Of a stretch of DNA of 64,000 nt, positions 40,201-56,230 are shown piece by piece. Each line of letters starts with the position of its first letter. Within the stretch, counting starts at the first letter, position 1. Both the position numbers and the translations under genes were made by a program. The notes below the pieces were generated by a model. That model saw only the letters and a program-made list of their open reading frames with translations. It was not told the origin of the DNA and did no database searches. The DNA comes from Lama glama (taxonomy: Eukaryota), in NCBI GenBank assembly GCA_028534125.1, contig CM052816.1, positions 74,030,001 to 74,094,000 on the forward strand, given 5' to 3'.

Positions 40201-41115
40201 AATATATACAGTGAGCTATGTATAGTTTTTTTTATTACAGAATGGAAGTTGAAGCGTTCTCAATAAATCATTTAATTCTTCTTTAGTCTCAGAATTAAAA
40301 CAAAACAATATAAAATAAGCACTTGAGGTATCACACAATTTTGTGTGTGGATAAATGATTTCAGTATTCTGTGCCAGGTGAGCACTCGGCACAGCATTAA
40401 TTGCTTTGTTATATCAACTAAGGTTCTTTGGTTAGAGGCAACCAAAGGGAAAGGGGATTTACTGGGAAATTTACTGGGAAAAATCCTCTGACAGCTCATA
40501 GAAGTGAAAAGTGAGCTTCCGGAACTGGGGCAGCTCTGAGACCCTTGGGGACTGAACCTGAGGACTTGATGTCCTTATGATTCTTTTTTCCTGGGCTGTT
40601 CCACATAGTGGAGTCCACGGTCTGTAAGAAGAAAAGGAACTTTCTCCATCAGCTCCACTTAGGAAAATTAGGGAAAAAGAATCTGATTGGCCCAGCCTGG
40701 GTCACCTTCATCACTAGAGTAATCACAATTAACCACTCCTGGACAATTATTACTAATTAGTAATTGCTAGTTAATTGCTACTACTAATAAATGAGACAGA
40801 ATTCTCAGCTCCGGAGTTTGGGTATTGTGATGAGCAGTTTTCCCAAAGGAAAAGGATGCTGTTACCAGAGAAAGTATGGAAAGTAGTTGCTGGGTACACA
40901 GACACAGTGGATGCCCACTACTGTGTAGTATACATTGTTGAAAGATGGAACTATTTGGTGACCTCAAAAAAGTAATAGATTAAAATCAGTGGGCCTTCTT
41001 AAGTTTCCCTTGATACAGGCTACCGTCTTAAACTGTTGCTCCTACAAAGCTAATTTCTCTTTGGGCCACATGGCATATTATTATATATAAATTTAAGAAA
41101 TACTATTTCTTTTAA

Positions 41116-41320
41116 TACTTGAAAGTTGCTAAGAGCGTATATCTTAAATGTTCTCACCACACAAAAAATGGTAACCGTGTGAGGTGATGGAGGTGTTAAC
41201 TAACCTTATTGTAATCATTTCACTATATATGTGTGTATCACATCATCATGCGGTACACCTTAAACTTACACAGCGTTATATATCAGTGATATGTTAATAA
41301 AGCTGGGACAAATAAAATGA
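41116..41320 (+). mobile_element. L1 3'-end fragment
   Basis: gaaagttgctaagag...atcttaaatgttctcaccac...aataaagctgg. Confidence 0.7.
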
Positions 41321-41535
41321 AACTACAGACAACAGTTAAAAGAAAGGAAGATAATTTTCACAGATTGGTTTTACACTTGTAAAATGACTGCTGATACTGT
41401 TTTGTGTACATATTCATCCCATAATCTTCATGAATGTTTTTCTCTGCTTTCTATTTTAGGGTGACTGGGAATGTAAACAAGAAGAAGCTGTGTGTCTCCC
41501 GATGGCTGTCAGTACATGCTAACGTAGTGTTGGTG

Positions 41536-41847
41536 ATGGCATCCGAGACTGAGAAGACCCATGCTTTGCTCCAGTCTTGCAGCCCTGGATCTCTTATTTC
41601 CAGCCTTGGTCTGGGGCTGTTTTGCTTCGTGGCTGATAGACTTCTTCAGTTTTCCATAATTCAACAAAATGACTGGCTTCGAGCCCTCTCAGATAACTCA
41701 GTACATTGTATGATTGGCATGTGGTCCTGGGCAATAGTCATCGGAATCAAGAAGAAGACTGACTTTGGAGAAATCGTTTTAGCTGGATTTTTAGCCTCTG
41801 TTATTGATGTAGATCACTTTTTTCTAGCTGGATCCCTGTCTTTACAG
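41536..41847 (+). CDS. TMEM267: TMEM267 coding exon 1 (exon starts at 41460)
   Basis: ttttag acceptor; gtgATGG start; [13 protein letters not shown]...[15 protein letters not shown] (104 aa); CAG|gtaaga. Confidence 0.95.
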
Positions 41848-43055
41848 GTAAGAAGTCTATGTGTTTAATTCTTCTGGTCTTTCCTTTAATTTCTTTCACA
41901 CCATTATATTGATCTTCACAGCATCGTTTGAGTTAGAGCTAGAGAAGATGAGCCTTATTTCAAAACAGGAAAGCCCATTCATCCAACTTTACTGAGCCCT
42001 GAGTGCTGCCCTGGGGGTGCACTCAGATGTGTGGCTGACCATATTACCTGGCATCACAAAGTGCCGTGGATGTGCCCAGGGCAAGGGCTCACTAATTGTA
42101 CCCAAGGAGTTCCATGCTGGCTTTGCAAAGGATGTGCTTAGCCAAGTCTTGAAGGGAAGTTAGCCAACTGCTTGAAAGTACTGTGGGTCATTCTCAGGGC
42201 CATCCTGGTCCTTTCTGTATCAGGGTTCTTTCTGCAGGGACACACTTACACTTTCCCCCTATCCTTCATGTTTTACAGTTAATGTGCAGCTCCTAGGTGC
42301 TCCATAACAGCTGAATAGCTTTAAGCTGATCCCTAGGCCTGGGGAATGACTTTAATGGAGTCATTCATTCCTCAAGTCCCTCTTGGGGCCAAGGTGTGCA
42401 TTTCAGTGGGCTGATTACGACACAGTCCCCAGTGGAGAAATTGAAGGATTTTACTGAGTTTTCAGGGATTTAGGTATATGGTAACTTACTCGTCTTGAAA
42501 ATGAACTAAGCCTAAAATGGCAGTTCAGATAATATTTTCTAAATGTCAACAGATTTACCTAATGTTTATGTGTTCATGATCTGTAAATGCTTCAGGGAAG
42601 AAATACAAACAAACTCGTAGACTAACACTGGCCTGGAACACTCCCTGGCTTACCTAGTAGGTGTTTAGTAAACATTTGTTGAACGAATAAGAAATGATCG
42701 CTTCTTCCTATTATGAGCCAAGTTCTGTACCAGATACTTCTCAGGTTGTCTCATTTATTTAGAAATTTAGTGAGGAATCATTACTTCCTTATTACAGACA
42801 AATTCTAACTGTTCTTGCTGTAAGTGGAGGCAGCATAACAGTGCTGATGATCAGAAGCAGACCAGAGTCTGAATCCTAGTATGTACTCTTACCAGAACAT
42901 TTCTCTACTCTAAGTCTAAATTTCATCATCTGTAAAATGTGGATTGTAATGTTACTTCCCTCATATGGTGCTTGTGAGGAGTAAGTATGTTAAGTGACAC
43001 ACCCTGGCAAAGAGCTAACAGTGAATGTTAGTAGAGGTTATAAACAGTGTGATTT

Positions 43056-47212
<4,157 letters not shown>

Positions 47213-47634
47213 AGTGTGATTTATAAATGCATTCATCTAGAATTTAAGTATTCCTGTTGTAATTTAAAAAAAACATTTACTCTGTATACTGTATTTATTC
47301 TTTGAATCATTTAGAAGCAGTTGTGTTAAGAATATGAGCCATAGAATCAGACAGAGCTAGAACCAGACCACAGCTTGCCATTTGATAACTGTACACCATA
47401 AGGAATTTACCTAGCCTCTCTAAGTCCCAGTTTCCTCCTCTGTAAAATAATTCCTAAGTCATAGGAATGTTTTAAAGATTAAATGAGAGACTGCAGATAA
47501 AGTATAGCATACTGCATGTATTGATCCTTATTTTTGAATGAAGTATTAAAATTTTTTCATATTCACCATCAGATTGTATATGGTCCTGAGGAATAAATAT
47601 CAAAACTGAATGAGTATTTATGATACTTATTTTA

Positions 47635-47970
47635 AAAATTTATTCATTTTATTGACATATAGTTGCTGTGTACAATATTATATAAGTTACAGGTGTACAG
47701 TATATAGTGATTTGCAATTTTAAATGTTATATACTCCATTTATAGTTATTATAAAATACTGACTATATTACCTGTGTTGTACAATATATGCTTGTGGCTT
47801 ATTTTATACCTAATTGTTTGTACCCCTTACTTCTTTACCCCTAAATTGCCCCCTCCCTCTTTCCTTCTCCCCACTGGTAATCACTATGTGTTCTCTATAT
47901 CTGTGAGTCAGCTTCTTTTTTGTTATATTCACTAGTCGGTTGTACTTTTTAGATTCCACATATAAGTAAT
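47635..47970 (-). mobile_element. L1 3' end (antisense)
   Basis: attgacatatagttg...ttttagattccacatataagt; atactt(a/g)tttt on both flanks. Confidence 0.75.
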
Positions 47971-49395
47971 ATATACTTGTTTTTAAGTATCTATTTTTAC
48001 TTATATTTTTAAGTTATCTAGCTTTACTTCTATAATTTTATGGTAATGTCCTTTTCTTCTTTCATTGTTTATCTATGAATGAAAAATCTGCATGGATTAT
48101 TTTAGAAGTCAGCCAAGCAAGAGAAATTTCTTGTTTCTTCCTTAGCATCTATTACTGTAAATTGGCTTCACAAATAAAAGTGTGAAGAGTCCCTATTCCT
48201 CCACACATCCAGAGCGTAACTGCTCATCATCTCAACACGAGGCTGTTGCTCTCCTCTCAGTAGTGATTACCGTAGGCACCCCGTCCCACCCTGCCATTGA
48301 GGAGCAAGCCATATTGTGGGTGTAGAACTTAAAAACAAAGGTGGAGACAAAAATGGCATAAGACAGAAATGTTATATGTTCTGACCAAGTAGAAATAAAA
48401 CAACTAAGTGTGGAGGAGAAGGGAGAGGAAATAGGGATGTAGGAACATCAAATCAATAAACTTGATTGATGTTCATTCTGTAGGTGGGAGTTAAAGAACC
48501 CTGGGTTTACAGGATTCCCAGTTTAAACGTGATCTGATTTGACAGCGTGACAAGGTACAGACTCTTCAATGGATAACTTTCTTTTTAATGTGGTGGAAAG
48601 GTGGTGTCCTCTAACTTTTTTTAATAGGGACCTAATTTTTGCCTTTGTGACTTCTTTTTTTCCCTTTATCACTCAGTCTTCAAAAGCTACCTGTCCCTTC
48701 CTTTGTACCATCTTCTCCCCCAGCCAGGACTAATGCCTTTTACAACCTTGAATCATGCCCACTTTTAAGTCTTTTCTCTGTAGTCACTACTTTGATCTAT
48801 CAGGACCCTTTTTGGTATTTTCACATGTGGAGTGAACTTTCTTTTTCTGATGGTAACTTTAGATCAATCTTAGATTTTCCTTCATCTTTCTTCAGCATTG
48901 GCTTTTCCTGGCTTCAGGCAGGAGTATGTAAGAGAGAGCTCTGATTTGGTGTTTATTTTAATACTTTACAGTATTTGAAGTTTGGGCATTCTCTGACTTC
49001 TAGCTATGTTGAGTAGGGCTTGATACAGTTTTATTTGTCCTTGTTCTGTAATGTGGTGTGGGGATGTGTGGGGAGATTTGAATTTAGGCAGTTTTCTCTA
49101 TCCTCAGCTTTCTCCTTTTTAGAAATTATCTAGTTGGAAACTAGCCTTTAGTGTATGTGAGAATGAAACCTTACTCCTCGGTCATTCGGGGGTTAAGCCT
49201 GAAATTTTCATTGCATATTGATCACATTTTTACAGTGGTTTAGAAATATTACTGAAGTTTAACTCAGCTTTTGAATACTTATTTAAAATAATATACTCTA
49301 ATGTTGTTGTAAATAAATTATGAAAGTATTCAAGGCGAATATGAAGTGTTTACAATGAAAATACTCCCCTTTAATGCCTTTATTAATTGAAGAAT

Positions 49396-49614
49396 GGGGG
49401 AAGAAGAGGGGTAAGATAGGGGAAGGGGATTAAAAGGTACAAACAACTAGGTGAAAAATAAATAAGATACAAAGATGTACAGCACAGGGAATATGATCAC
49501 TATTTTATAATAACTGTAAGTGGAGTATCGTCAATAAAAATTTCGAATACTATGTTATACACCTGAAACTACTATAACATTGAAAAATCAACCATACTTC
49601 GATTTTTAAAAAGT
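49396..49614 (+). mobile_element. 5'-truncated L1 3' end
   Basis: TSD TTAA(T/C)TGAAGAAT at 49383-49395 and 49615-49627. Confidence 0.8.
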
Positions 49615-49806
49615 TTAACTGAAGAATATTTTGTTCAGTTGTGAATCATTTTTCAATGCTCTTAGAGGCCCAAGACAATTCTTTAAAACTCCAAATTTAC
49701 ACAAACATACATTTAGGACATAAATTATGTATGTATTGTGACTTCTAAGCAAATAATATGAAACTTAAATTAACCACATGTTCTTGAGATCTTGATTTCA
49801 TATCTA

Positions 49807-49930
49807 GGGGGAGGGTTTAGCTCAGGGGTAGAGTGCATGTTCAGCATGCATGAAGACCTGGGTTCAATCCCCAATACCTCCACTTAAAAATAAATAAATA
49901 ATCTGAATTAACCCTCCCTCAAAAAAAAAA
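49807..49930 (+). mobile_element. Vic-1-like SINE
   Basis: GGGGGAGGGTTTAGCTCAGGGGTAGAG...GGGTTCAATCCCC, (AAAT)n and poly(A). Confidence 0.88.
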
Positions 49931-50091
49931 CCATATTTAATGCAAAGTACATTTTGAGGTGGCACAGAAAATGTCTCCTTTGCATTTCCAATAGCCTGCA
50001 GGAAAATAGATGATTACAAATATTAGGAAGCATCTATCAAATTTTGTTTGCGGAGAAGGAAATGATACTAGCTCCTGCTTTTCCCCTGCAG

Positions 50092-50427
50092 GCTGCTCTG
50101 GCTCTTCCTCGAAGACCTTTCCTTCACTGTTCTACTGTGATACCCGTTGTGGTTCTGACCCTGAAGTTTACTATGCACCTTTTCAAGCTCAAAGACTCGT
50201 GGTGCTTTCTTCCCTGGATGTTATTTATATCCTGGACCTCACACCATGTCCGAGATGGAATTCGCCATGGCTTGTGGATGTGCCCGTTTGGAAAGACTTC
50301 TCCTTTGCCATTCTGGCTTTATGTAATCATCACATCGTCTTTACCTCACATCTGTTCGTTCATTATGTATTTCACAGGGACCAGACAGATGATGTCTTCA
50401 AAACATGGAATTCATATTGATGTCTGA
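50092..50427 (+). CDS. TMEM267: TMEM267 coding exon 2; 215 aa in total
   Basis: ttcccctgcag acceptor; [14 protein letters not shown]...[13 protein letters not shown]...GIHIDV-stop. Confidence 0.95.
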   Translation, partial: AALALPRRPFLHCSTVIPVVVLTLKFTMHLFKLKDSWCFLPWMLFISWTSHHVRDGIRHGLWMCPFGKTSPLPFWLYVIITSSLPHICSFIMYFTGTRQMMSSKHGIHIDV

Positions 50428-51990
50428 GGTAACCATGGGGCAGTCTTAGAGGAGCACTGGTTGAGACAATGATATTTAAGGATTGCCAACCTTAAAGTGA
50501 ATTTTTAAAAAGGTGTTAGTACTTAACATTAATTACTATAATTCCTGAGTCCTCTTGCTCAAGAGGCATGTACAATTTTTAAAAATTATTTATGTTGTAT
50601 TCCTCTTTTCCATAACACTCCAGTGCAATATTAGAGTTCTGTTTATTCCATGATACATTTGTATACATTTCTTCTATTTATCTGGCTTTACCAGTGTTAT
50701 TAGATTTACATCTAGTTAAGTTTTCTGGAAGTATGCTTTTAAGGTAGTTCATTTCCTGGTGAGAAACAGCTCACATTTTAGGATGACTGATTTGTGAAAA
50801 GTTAACATTCCATTTGGAGCCACAGTTTCCTGAGATGGTGAAACAATGAAATGGGCAAAGTATATGAGATTATGAGTAAGATGTATAGTGAATGCTAACA
50901 TTTCTTTATGGCACATATTTGGATCCTGACTGAAGTTTAATGTGCCAAGGGCTTTAGTCAGTTTTGACTACTGGCAGAGTCTTGTTTCAATGCACTTATG
51001 TTATAATATTCACAAAAGACAGTAACATGAGACCTAGGCTGTTGTTTCAGAAATAACTTCAGGAAATAATTACTGTAATATGTTGGCTCTAATAACATCT
51101 TACCAAAGTATTATTTTTTCAGTATCTCTGCCCCCAGATCTCGTATGTTGGAGTTTTAACTGTTTTGAAAAACATACCTAAACATAACAAAATATTTGTT
51201 CAAAATTAACATTAACAAAATATTGATACTTGCTCATAACCATAGAATTCACACAAAAAGGACTTGAATCAATGTCATTTCAAATGTAAACGCCTGAATG
51301 TACCATTAAAATTATTTGTTGCTGTCAATTGGTTTATGTACTATTCTAAAATATTACACCAGTTAAATTGTTTTTTTAAATGTGCCTGATACTGAGAAAC
51401 AAAACTTTTTTTTTTTCCAGAATAAAGTAGTTTTAGGAAATTGGCTTTTTCCTTTGTTCTTTCAGGTTGATCGTCTGTAAAAAATGATTAACCTTTATTA
51501 GAGAAGGAAAATTGAGTTGCTGTAAGTTTCACATTTGCACAGTTTAATGTTACTTTGATATAACAGTCAGTGCCCCAGAAGTACCTGCTTTTTTGTGGCA
51601 TTTGTACCATCTGCCGTCTTCAGATTTTCTTACATATTTGTGTTCTGTCATGCTGATGCTTGTGTGCCTTATTCTCTGACAAGGGATGAAGCAATGCCTT
51701 ATCCAAAGCAGATTTTTCATGTTTATTAAACAGAGTTCTGTAAATTGTTACAAAGGGGCAAGCTCTTTAGTTTTTCTTTTTGTTTTTAACCAGTTGGTTG
51801 CAGTCTCTTATGTTTTACAATTTATTAGATCTTACAGTCTGTTACTGTCTTTGGAGAGCAATTATTGTGTCAGTTTGGTTGGTTTCATAGTATTACATAG
51901 TGGGGTAAATTTGATTTAAGGTAGAGATTTTTTTTAAGTGTATGATTTTAGAAATCCATGGAAATAAAGCATATATATTGTGTAACTTTT
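50428..51990 (+). other. TMEM267: TMEM267 3'UTR with alternative poly(A) signals
   Basis: ATTAAA at 51305; AATAAA at 51421 and 51963, each followed by T/GT-rich tracts. Confidence 0.65.
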
Positions 51991-53132
51991 TCTGACTAAA
52001 TTATAAAACACTCCCTTTTTTTCCCTCTCCATACTAAACAAAGGAATATCATAAAATTATAGGGCTTTATTTAAGAATGTCACATAGGCATTTGGGGGGT
52101 TGTCCCAACTTTATTAGAATGGGAATCCACTTTGACCATGACTCCTTGCTTAAACAGTAACTGCAAATTTTAAATGTGGGTTTATCTTTGTTCCTACCTC
52201 TGCTGTCAGTAATGTTTCTTTCCTCTAAATGGTCTCTGAAAGCTGTGATTATACCCTCCAGAAATATAGCAACCAATTTCCCATGCCACCATTCTGTTCC
52301 TTTTTTTCAGTGAAAGAGTTTGTGTCAATACAACTTAATGTTGAAAGTTGGACTGTATTGTCTTTACGTGTGTGTTTTCTCCAGGCTCTAGACATCCTCT
52401 TTTCACTTAGTGTTTCTCTCTTGGCTGTTTCACTGATCTGACCTCCGAATCTACTGTTTTCTTGAGCCACCTTAGTTATGCTGGCTACTCAGGAGAACTT
52501 TTGTCACGTCTGCTTGAACTACTGTCTACTCATCCCCAAGCCTGCTTCCCTTTAGCGGTGGGCTAAGAACCCTTGTTGTGTATGGGTTAATGCTCCCATT
52601 TGTCCTCACCTCCTTTCTCTAACGTGGACCTCTCTTCTCCTAGGCAGCCACCCCTTTTCCCCTAGTCAGGCAGATACTTCCTGGTACCTTTTTCTTGTAG
52701 CCAGTAGAAGAATTACTTGGTTTTTCCCATTTTCCCAACTGAAGGGGAGAGAGGACCAGGGGCTGTCCCGGTCCTTGCTCACCACTTTCATGGCTAAACC
52801 TTTCATCTGTCACAATTCTCAGTCATTTGATACCTCATTATACTACTGACTCCAAATCCTCCTCACCCTCACATACTGCCCTCTAAGGCTCACCTTCACC
52901 TTCCTTGATATGATCAACTGGATCCCTTTTTCCCTGTATTCTAACCCTTGATTTAATCTTCGGTCGTCAGATGACCCGCCTGAAATCTGAACTTCAGTAT
53001 TCGCCTCTTCTTCTATACCACTGACTCTTACCACATCACATCAGCCATCTACCAGTACAACAGGCCTCTGCATCTCCTTTTTAGGGGACACTGCTCATCT
53101 CTGAGATCTCCAGGTTCATTTGCTTTTTCAAG

Positions 53133-53300
53133 ACCAGCGGTTCTCAAACTCACCTGTAAGGTTTCTTAAATCAAGAATTGCTTGAGACCCACCCCCCGAA
53201 TTTTGACTTGGCAGGTCCTGAAAATAAGCATTTCCCACAAGTTCCCAATTGATATTGATGCTGCTGTTCAGGAATTATCCTTTAGGAACCACTGCTCTAG
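53133..53300. mobile_element. MER5-like (hAT-Charlie) MITE
   Basis: Ends cagcggttctcaaact / ttaggaaccactgctctag. Confidence 0.65.
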
Positions 53301-56230
53301 GGAGTCTGAAGAGGGAAGAGGGCCCAACAGCCACCTCCACCGCAGCTGCAGCCTCTAGTGCTGCCACAGTAGTCACAGCCGCAGCCACACCTGCACCCTT
53401 GCCGGCCGCAGCATCAGCACCAGAGAGTCAAGTCTGGAGCCCGCTGCCTGGCAGGGACTGTGTAAACCACCAGAGTGACTGAAGGAGAGCGGACAAGTAG
53501 TGGAGTAGAGGGACCCTGAGCTCACCTTCTCTCACGAGCACACCAAAATCACAACCATCTGCAGAACACCCAATTATGAAAAAGACTGGAACCTGCCAGA
53601 AAAGATCTTCTACTACTAAAGATATAAAGAAGGACCCACAGTGAGATGGGTTGGAGGGGTGGACTCCCAATATAATCAAGTCCCATAACCCCTGGGGTGA
53701 GTGACCCGCAAACTGGAGAATAAGTATATTGCAGGGGTTCTCCCACAGGGGTGAGAGTTCCGAGCCCACGTCAGGCTCCCTAGCCTGGAGGTCTGGCACC
53801 AGAAGACAAACCCCCACAACATCTGGCTTTGAAGGCCAGCAGGGCTTAATTTCTGAGCAGAAATAAATGGAATAGAAACTAAAAAACAATAGAAAGTAAC
53901 AATAAAATTAAAAGTTGGTTCTTGAAAAGATAAACAAAATTGACAAACCTTTAGCCAGAAAAAGAAGTTGAAGGACTCCACATTGGAAAGAAAGAAGTAA
54001 AACTGTCACTCTTTGCAGATGGCATGATACTATACATAGAAAATCCTAAAGATGCCACCAGAAAACTACTAGACCTCATCAATGAATTTGGTAAAGTTGT
54101 GGGGTACAAAATTAATATGTAGAAATCTGTTGCATTTTTATACAAAAACAACAAACTACTAGAAAGAGAAATTAAGGAAACAATCCCATTTTCCATCACA
54201 TCAAAAACAATAAAATACCTAGGAATAAGCCTACCTAAGGAAGCAAAAGCCCTGTACCGGAAAAGTACAAGACACTAATGAAAGAAACTGAAGCTGACAC
54301 AAACAGATGGAAAGATATACTGTGCTCTTGGGTTGGCAGAATCAATATTGTTCAAATGACCATACTCCCCACAGCAATCTACAGTTTCAGTACAATCCCT
54401 GTCAAATTACAATGGCACTTTTCACAGAACTATATCAAATAACTTTAAAATTTGTAAGGAAACACAAAAGATCCTGAATAACCAAAACAATCATGAGAAA
54501 GAAGAACAGAGCTGGAGGAATCACACTTCCTGACTTCAGATTACACTACAAAGCTACAGTAATCAAAACAGTATGGTACTGGCACAAAAACAGACACATA
54601 GACCAATGGAACAGGATAGAAAGCCCAGAAATAGACCTAAGCACTTATGGTCAATTAATCTATGACAAAGGAGGCTAGACTATATAATGGAGAAAAGACA
54701 GTCTCCTCTATAAGTGGTGCTGGGAAAACTGGACAGCTATTATGCAGAAGAATGAAATAGAACATTCTCTAACACCATATACAAAAATAAACTCAGGGGT
54801 AGGATATAGCTCAAGCACTAGATTACATGCTTAGCATTCATGAAGTCCTGGGTTCAATCCACAGGACCTCCTCTAAGAATAAATAAATAAATAAATGTAA
54901 TTACCTCCCCCCTCAAAAACAAACAAACAAACGTTAAAAAAAAAAAAACTCAAAATGGATTAGACCTAAATCTAAGACGGGATACTATAGTACTCCTGGA
55001 GGAAAACATAGGCAGAACACTCTCTGACATAAATCGCAGCAATATTTTTTTTGATTCATCTCCTAGAGTAATGGAAATAGAAGCAAGAACAAACAAATGG
55101 GACCTAGTTAAACTTAAAAGTTTTTGCACAGCAAAAAAAAAAGAAACCCCACAAACAAAATGAAAATACCATCTATGGACTGGGAGAAAATGTTTGCAAA
55201 CAATGCGACTGATAAGGGATTAATTTCCAAAATATACAAACAGCTTATACAGCTCAAATTAAAAAAACAAAAGCAAAAACAAATAACCCAATCAAAAATG
55301 GGCAGAAAACCTGAACAGACATTTCTCCAAAGAAGACATCCAGATGGCAACCAGGCACATGAAAAGATGTTCAACATCGCTAATTCTTATAGAAATGCAA
55401 ATCAAAACTACAATGAGATATCACCTCACATCAGCTGGAATGGTCGTCATCAAAAAGTCTACAAATAATAAATGCTGGAAAGGGTGTGAGGAAAGGGGAC
55501 CCTCCTACACTTCTCGTAGGAATGTGGTTTGGTGCAGCCATTATGGAGAACATTATGGAGGCTCCTTTAAAAAACTAAAAATTGAGTTACCATATGATCA
55601 AGCATTCCCACTCCTGGGCATATTATCTGGAGAAAACTCTAATTCAAAAAGATACATGCACCCCAATGTTCACAGCAGCACTGTTTACAATAGCTAAGAT
55701 ATGGAAGCAACCTAAATGTCCATCAACAGATGAATGGATAAAGAAGATGTGGTATATTATACAATAGAATATTACTCAGCCACAAAAAAGAATGAACTAA
55801 TGCCATTTGCGGCAACATCAATAGACCTAGAGATTATCATAGTAAGTGAAGTCAGACAGAGAAGGACAAATACCTTATGATATCACTTATATGTGGAATC
55901 TAAAATAATGATACAAATGAACTTATTTACAAAACAGAAATAGACTCACACGACATTGAAAACAAATTTATGGTTACCAAAGAGGAAGGTGGAGGATAAG
56001 GGGAGTGATAAATTAGGAGTCTAGAATTCATAGATACACATTACTATATATAAAATAAATAAGACGGACCTATTGTATAGTATGAGGAACTATATTCAGT
56101 ATCTTGTAATAACCTATAATGGAAAGAATCTGGAAAATAATATATATATATGTCTATAACTGAATCACTTTGCTGTACACCTAAAACTAACACAATATTG
56201 TAAATCAACTATACTTCAATACAAAAAAAA
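53301..56230 (+). mobile_element. Composite L1 insertion: non-L1 leader, L1 5'UTR, deleted ORF2, 3'UTR
   Basis: Exact 15-bp TSD GAACCACTGCTCTAG at 53286-53300 and 56231-56245; poly(A) tail; ORF2 remnants [24 protein letters not shown]. Confidence 0.92.
54796..54940 (+). mobile_element. Vic-1-like SINE nested in L1 ORF2
   Basis: TSD AAAAA(T/A)AAACTCA; the L1 resumes at aaatggatt. Confidence 0.88.

Noticed and set aside
49807..49885. tRNA-like sequence with A/B boxes
   Set aside because: Followed by an AT-rich linker and poly(A), and present in several diverged copies: a SINE, not a tRNA gene.
53249..53482. Ala/Thr-rich 77-aa ORF
   Set aside because: Starts at a non-ATG codon inside MER5 and crosses the TSD; the sequence is treated as a captured leader instead.
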